Shown here: positions 59,437-64,000 of the stretch, in pieces
Layout of the letters: every line of letters starts with the position of its first letter
Position numbering within the stretch: the first letter of the stretch is position 1
NCBI GenBank assembly: GCA_002269645.1
Contig: NIVC01000102.1
Span: 205,950-269,949, forward strand
Direction of reading: 5' to 3'
Origin: Macrostomum lignano
Taxonomy: Eukaryota
DNA: 64,000 bases
The notes under the pieces: generated by a model
The model's database searches: none
Seen by the model: the letters and a program-made list of their open reading frames with translations, nothing else
Told to the model about the DNA's origin: nothing
Position numbers and translations under genes: made by a program

Positions 59437-60303
59437 ATGTCATCGCAGCTGAAAACCCGACAGTCAAGGACATCGTCAGCTTCAAGCAGCGATTCCGAAC
59501 TGCAGATTTCCAGCTGGCTTCAGTTGCAACAGAACCAGTCAAATCAAACGCAGAATTCTTCTAAAGGACTACCAAAAAAGCAACAGAAATCCAGCATCAT
59601 GCCTAAAAAAGTGCCACAGAAGCAGCAAAACTCTGCAAAGCCAAGCCAGAAATCGCCTCAGAAGCAACAACAAATCCCTTCAAAGAAACTATCAGATCAG
59701 CAGCAGACAACGCAGCCGTGGCGACCGGCCTGGCGAGAGCCAACTTTACGGAACTACAGCATGGACCGTCGAAATTCTGTTGAAAGTAAGACCGTCGAAA
59801 GTAAGACCGTCGAAAGTAAGACCGTCGAAAGTAAGACCGTCGAAAGTAAGGCCGTCGAGAGCACCGTCCCTGACCCGGCCCCAAATCAGCGCCCAAAAAA
59901 GCGTCAAGTTCAGACTCAGAGGCAGCAGCAGCAGCATCAGCAGGATCAGGAGAATGAAGTAATCGACAGTGTACTCTCCGATCAACGTCGCTTCAATCGT
60001 TACTCGACTGAAATCGCCCAGATGTCCCGCTGCCTGCAGCCGATGCGCGATGCCGTCATCGACTGGGAAAAGTTTCGCAGCAACCTGCTTGAACAGAACG
60101 AGCAGTGTAACGCTGTCAGCATTCGACTGATTCGGACGGAAGCCTCGGCTCAGGAGCTTCAGCAGAGCCTCGCTGACATTCGAGCCCTGTTGGAAATGGA
60201 ATTGGAGAAACTGACCGTACAGGAGTTGCAACGGTTGCTGCAGGAGAAGCAGAAGCGCCGCGCTCAGGACAAAGGACATAAGCCGGCTCATTATATTGAT
60301 TAG
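59437..60303 (+). CDS. Uncharacterised 288-aa protein: S/Q/K-rich N-terminus, (T/S/A)VESK repeats, C-terminal coiled coil
   Basis: ATG-initiated 867-nt ORF with GC-rich composition like the neighbouring exons; heptad-like C-terminus (LLEQNEQ...LQQSLADIRALLEMELEKL). No family recognised. Confidence 0.65.
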   Translation: MSSQLKTRQSRTSSASSSDSELQISSWLQLQQNQSNQTQNSSKGLPKKQQKSSIMPKKVPQKQQNSAKPSQKSPQKQQQIPSKKLSDQQQTTQPWRPAWREPTLRNYSMDRRNSVESKTVESKTVESKTVESKTVESKAVESTVPDPAPNQRPKKRQVQTQRQQQQHQQDQENEVIDSVLSDQRRFNRYSTEIAQMSRCLQPMRDAVIDWEKFRSNLLEQNEQCNAVSIRLIRTEASAQELQQSLADIRALLEMELEKLTVQELQRLLQEKQKRRAQDKGHKPAHYID

Positions 60304-61798
60304 GTTGTGTGACAAAAATCTCTGATGCTTAATTGAAGAACCTTCAATTGAAGCCTATTTGCTAAGAACAAGTTTAACAAACGGCTGACTCTCTGAGGCA
60401 AATTTTTCTGACGTATTCTTTCTGCACCTAAAATAGATATGAATCTTTGTTTTTCATTCTGATTGAATTCGATCCGTACGTCGGAATGTTGCACGGAAAT
60501 TCTTAAATATTTTCTACCTATCTGTTGATTGCTGTCACAATTTTATGGACAAACCTTGTATGCAATTTCTGGCTAGAAGACTCAGTGGAAATACTCTTTA
60601 GAAGACTTAGAAAGTTCTTAAGTACACAGTTTGTGAACTTACTGAGGACGCCTTAATATACAAATGTGTTGAAAGTTCTTAAAAGTGCACAAAAGATACT
60701 AAAAGTTCGTCGCTACTCTAGCGAATTCATAAACTTCGTTTCAAGTTTTCATATTCAATTCAAGCTGTTTTAGCAGTATAGCCACCTTAACAATTGAATT
60801 GAGTAATACTTCTTTTTGCACCTTCTTCTTTATCGGCGAATGTTTAATGGTGATTCTGCGAGCCTAGTTGGCGTCAATTACACGCACGAGTAAGTGCGCA
60901 AGCCTGCATTATCTAGCTCCTAGGGTCAGACTTTATGATTGACACATCGACGCAAGAGCTATCTTTAAGAGCAGAGAGAGGCTGTCACGCTATAAAGATG
61001 TGTCTGGTCTGACACAGTCCCCCCCCACCGCTATGATGCAGCACTATGTCTTCTCTAGCAATGGCCATATACAGACCAAAAGTGTACTAAAGAGTTCTCT
61101 AGCGTCCAAGAGACTCTCATATGCAATCTATTTTTAGACTTTAGACTTAAAACGCGTTAGAAGATTACAAGTGGAGATTGCAGTTGCTTCAGTTTCAGTT
61201 TTTATCCAAGTAGAGAAGCGCTACGCGCGCAAAGAATGCATCTATATAAGTTTTTATCTAGAAGAAAAGAGATAGAGCTTCTTTTCTTCTCGTAATAAAC
61301 TATATAAAATAATTATTAAGCTGCAATACCCCACTTGCGACTGCGAAACTTTGCGACTTCAAGGTAAAAATGTTGTTTCTGGTTTAGTCTCCTGTATGCA
61401 CAACTATTTCCCTTCATTTAACAAATTACCGACTTTGTTGTATTCTTAAAAGCCAATTGTACAATTAGTAGAGGTGGATAAATCATACACCACCTAGATA
61501 AATACTATGGCTAGAACATTTAATTTCAACACACAACACCTCAGCATGACATCAGGATATTACAAAATCTTTGTCGAATCTAAACACACGTATTCTCCTT
61601 GTAAACAGGTTTCTTAAGCGGCGTAATTTTCCTAATTTGATTTCTGAGAGGAGTTTTGACTCTGCTCTTTTAGGAGTTCCCCAATATGGCTTAAGACAGG
61701 ATTGGTTCATCCGTGAGGGGTCAGGAGCCAACAGAAACGAGAAAAACACGTACAATTGTTACATTAGAAACAACAACAACAACCTGTTCTAACTGCCC

Positions 61799-62153
61799 TG
61801 TGGTGTCACTGGCTGACAAAGAAGTGCAAGTCTATAGACTGATAGATTTATAGCACACTTGGCACTCTTAACGCTTAGCCCCTCATCTGAGCGGGCCTGT
61901 GTATTTAACCAAACAGTTTCTCATACCACCTCAACACGGGGCCTTAGATTGGCTCACAGGAGAGACCGGGTAAGACACCGGCACATAGACATTACTCACA
62001 CACAAACTGTGGGGTGGGGAGGCCGGGGATGAGACAGCTTAGTCATGCTGTCTGTGCTTGGGAAAGGGGGCATGGGTGCACTGGGTACGCAGCAGACAGG
62101 GTATCAAGCCTAGACAGGCTCTAACGTGTCACTCCTCGCTCACAGTCACAACA
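61799..62153 (-). mobile_element. 3' LTR of the Ty3/Gypsy element (about 355 bp)
   Basis: On the minus strand it begins TGTTGTG just after the polypurine tract GGGAGGGGAAGG (62169-62158) and ends CACCACA; an ATAAA signal lies about 45 nt from the end. Boundaries cannot be confirmed without the 5' LTR. Confidence 0.6.
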
Positions 62154-62208
62154 ACCACCTTCCCCTCCCAAAAGTCAATGTCAACGTCAAGTGTCACCCC
62201 AACACCCC

Positions 62209-64000
62209 TCAGTAGGTGATCATGCCTCCGTAGCGGTCCGGCGGACCCGTGACCCGGCCGCTCCTCCGCACCTCGGGAGGCGCAGCGGCGGCGTCGGGCG
62301 CGGCGGCATCCAGGCCGCCACCGGGCTGCGGAACGTCCGCCAGCTGGCCGCCATCGCCGCCCGTGTCAGGAGGTGCTCGCATCAGCGCCGTGACGTGCCA
62401 CCGAGATCCGTCGTCGAGCTTGACGATAGTGGGGCTGCACATGCCGGCGACAGTTCTCGGCGTTGACATCCGGCTGGCCAGCTTGCCGCGTGCCTGCGGC
62501 CGCCGAACGCGGACTTTCTCGCCCGGAGCGAACTGCGGTGGCTGGCCGCGGCCCCGGTTTCGTGCTGCCAGGCGCTTTCGCTGTCGCTCCTTGATAGTGT
62601 CTGCTGCTGGATGCGACTGTGGTGGTTGGGTGGGCATCAGCGACGAGAGCGGCGTCGACATCTTTCTCCCCAGCATCAGCTCGGCCGGGGAGACGCCGGT
62701 GAGCGCGTGAATTGTCGATCTGTAGGCCCACAGCAGCATCCAGATGGCGTCCTTGAACTCGTAGCCATCAGCCAGGTGGCTCTTAAGCCCCTCCTTCAGG
62801 AAGCGATTGAGCCGCTCCACGCCGGAGTTGCCTTGCGGGTAGTAGGCTGGTGAGCGGCGGTGCTTGATGCCATTGCCGCTGAGGAACTGCTCGAACTCGT
62901 CAGAGATGAACTGCGGCCCACCGTCCGTGTTGATGACCTTTGGCAGTCCCCACCTGGCGAACAAAGACTTCAGCACGCTGATCACTTGCGATGACGTGAC
63001 CGACGAGAGGCAGGAGAACTCTGGCCACTTTGAGTGCAGGTCGTGTACCACCAGGATGTAGCGGCACGTCTGGGGCGCCGGTGCCGTGAGTTCGCCGAAG
63101 ATGTCGATCTGTATCTCGCTCCACGGCTGGGATGGCCACCTTGTCGGGGTCAGCAGCACCTTTGGCGGCTTGAAAGATTTCTCGCTCACGGCGCAGGGCT
63201 CGCAATTTTTGACGAAGGATTCGACGTCGCGGTCGAAGTTTGGCCACCATACAGCTTCTCTGCAGTGCTGTTTCATCCGGCTGATGCCCATGTGTCCGAA
63301 GTGAGCCAGGTTGAGCACAGTCTCCTGCAGCGCCTGAGGAATGACCGCGCGCGTGCCCTTGGCCAGGCAGCTGCCGCTGTTCCATGTTGACAGCTCGTCG
63401 CGTACCCTCCAGTATGGCACCAGTGAGTCCGCCAGCTTCTTTGACGACTCAGGCCAGCCTTCTTGGACTTTCTGGAGCACCTGCTGAAGCAGTTCGTCGG
63501 CCTGGGTTGCGGCTGCCAACTGCTCCACGGACACCATACTAAGGGCTCCTGACAGCAGCACTGCATTGATGCCTATCTCGTCATCGTTCTTCACCGTCCC
63601 CTCCGCTGAGTGGCACCTGGACAGGAAGTCGGGCACGATGTTGCTCTTGCCTGCGATGTACTTGACGTCGAAGTCGTACGCCATCAGTCTGTCGGCCCAA
63701 CGATGGAGTCGCAGCGGCCTGTGCCCCGATGCCTGATCCGCTGAGCAGGGTAGTCAGAGCTCGATGGTCCGTCTGGAGCTCGAACTTTCGGCCGAACAGG
63801 AAGTAGTTCCACCGTTCACACGCGAAGATGCAGGCCAGAGCTTCTCGCTCTGACGCGGAGTACTTCCGTTCAGCGGGATTCAGGGTCCTGGAGGCGAAGG
63901 CGACAGGTCGACACTGGTCTTGATCATCCTCTTGGGCGAGTACTGCGCCTATCGCAGTAGCCGAGCTGTCACAAGCGACAACCGTCCGGTGCTTGGTGTC
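62209..64000 (-). mobile_element. Ty3/Gypsy pol, 3' part (RNase H plus integrase), truncated by the window edge, frameshift near 63730
   Basis: RNase H: ACDSSATAIGAVLAQ..PVAFASRTL..AERKYSASEREALA..TDHRAL..RW..LMAYDFDVKYIAGKSNIVPDFLSR. Integrase: H.GH.G...WWP...C..C, IDIFG, D.HSKWPE, TDGGPQF, PQGNSGVERLN; C-terminal RRSGR..PPDRY. Confidence 0.93.

Overview
Eukaryotic (animal) genomic DNA: GC-rich exons with poly-Q/poly-A tracts, AT-rich intergenic DNA and about 25 tandem-repeat arrays. This architecture resembles the flatworm Macrostomum lignano (inference only). Genes reconstructed by hand from splice sites and reading phase: an Aveugle/SAMD10/12-like SAM protein (8.1-8.6 kb), polyhomeotic (11.4-15.4 kb), a multi-C2H2 zinc-finger gene (19.1-22.7 kb), a stathmin-family gene with a probable GC-AG intron (26.8-28.7 kb), mitochondrial t6A enzyme OSGEPL1/Qri7 (30.5-33.7 kb), a SEPT2-group septin (41.3-46.2 kb), STRAP/UNRIP (minus strand, 54.2-57.9 kb) and an orphan coiled-coil ORF (59.4-60.3 kb). 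Mobile DNA: a full-length LOA-like non-LTR retrotransposon with a 7-bp TSD inside a minisatellite (48047-53712), the 3' part of a Ty3/Gypsy element with its LTR (61.8-64 kb), a Gypsy RT relic, several hAT-type MITEs with 8-bp TSDs and a MULE-type element with a 9-bp TSD. Most unusual observations: (i) a hAT-type MITE family, present twice here, carrying the 28S rRNA helix-69 segment that R2, I-PpoI and Pokey target, altered exactly at the cleavage site; (ii) nearly every intron and exon flank holds its own minisatellite, neighbouring arrays share core motifs, and some arrays are built from splice-site-like words; (iii) two genes whose first recognisable exon starts in-frame right after a splice acceptor with no ATG, compatible with a start codon supplied by a trans-spliced leader. 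All coordinates were read by eye, no database searches were run, and repeat boundaries are approximate.
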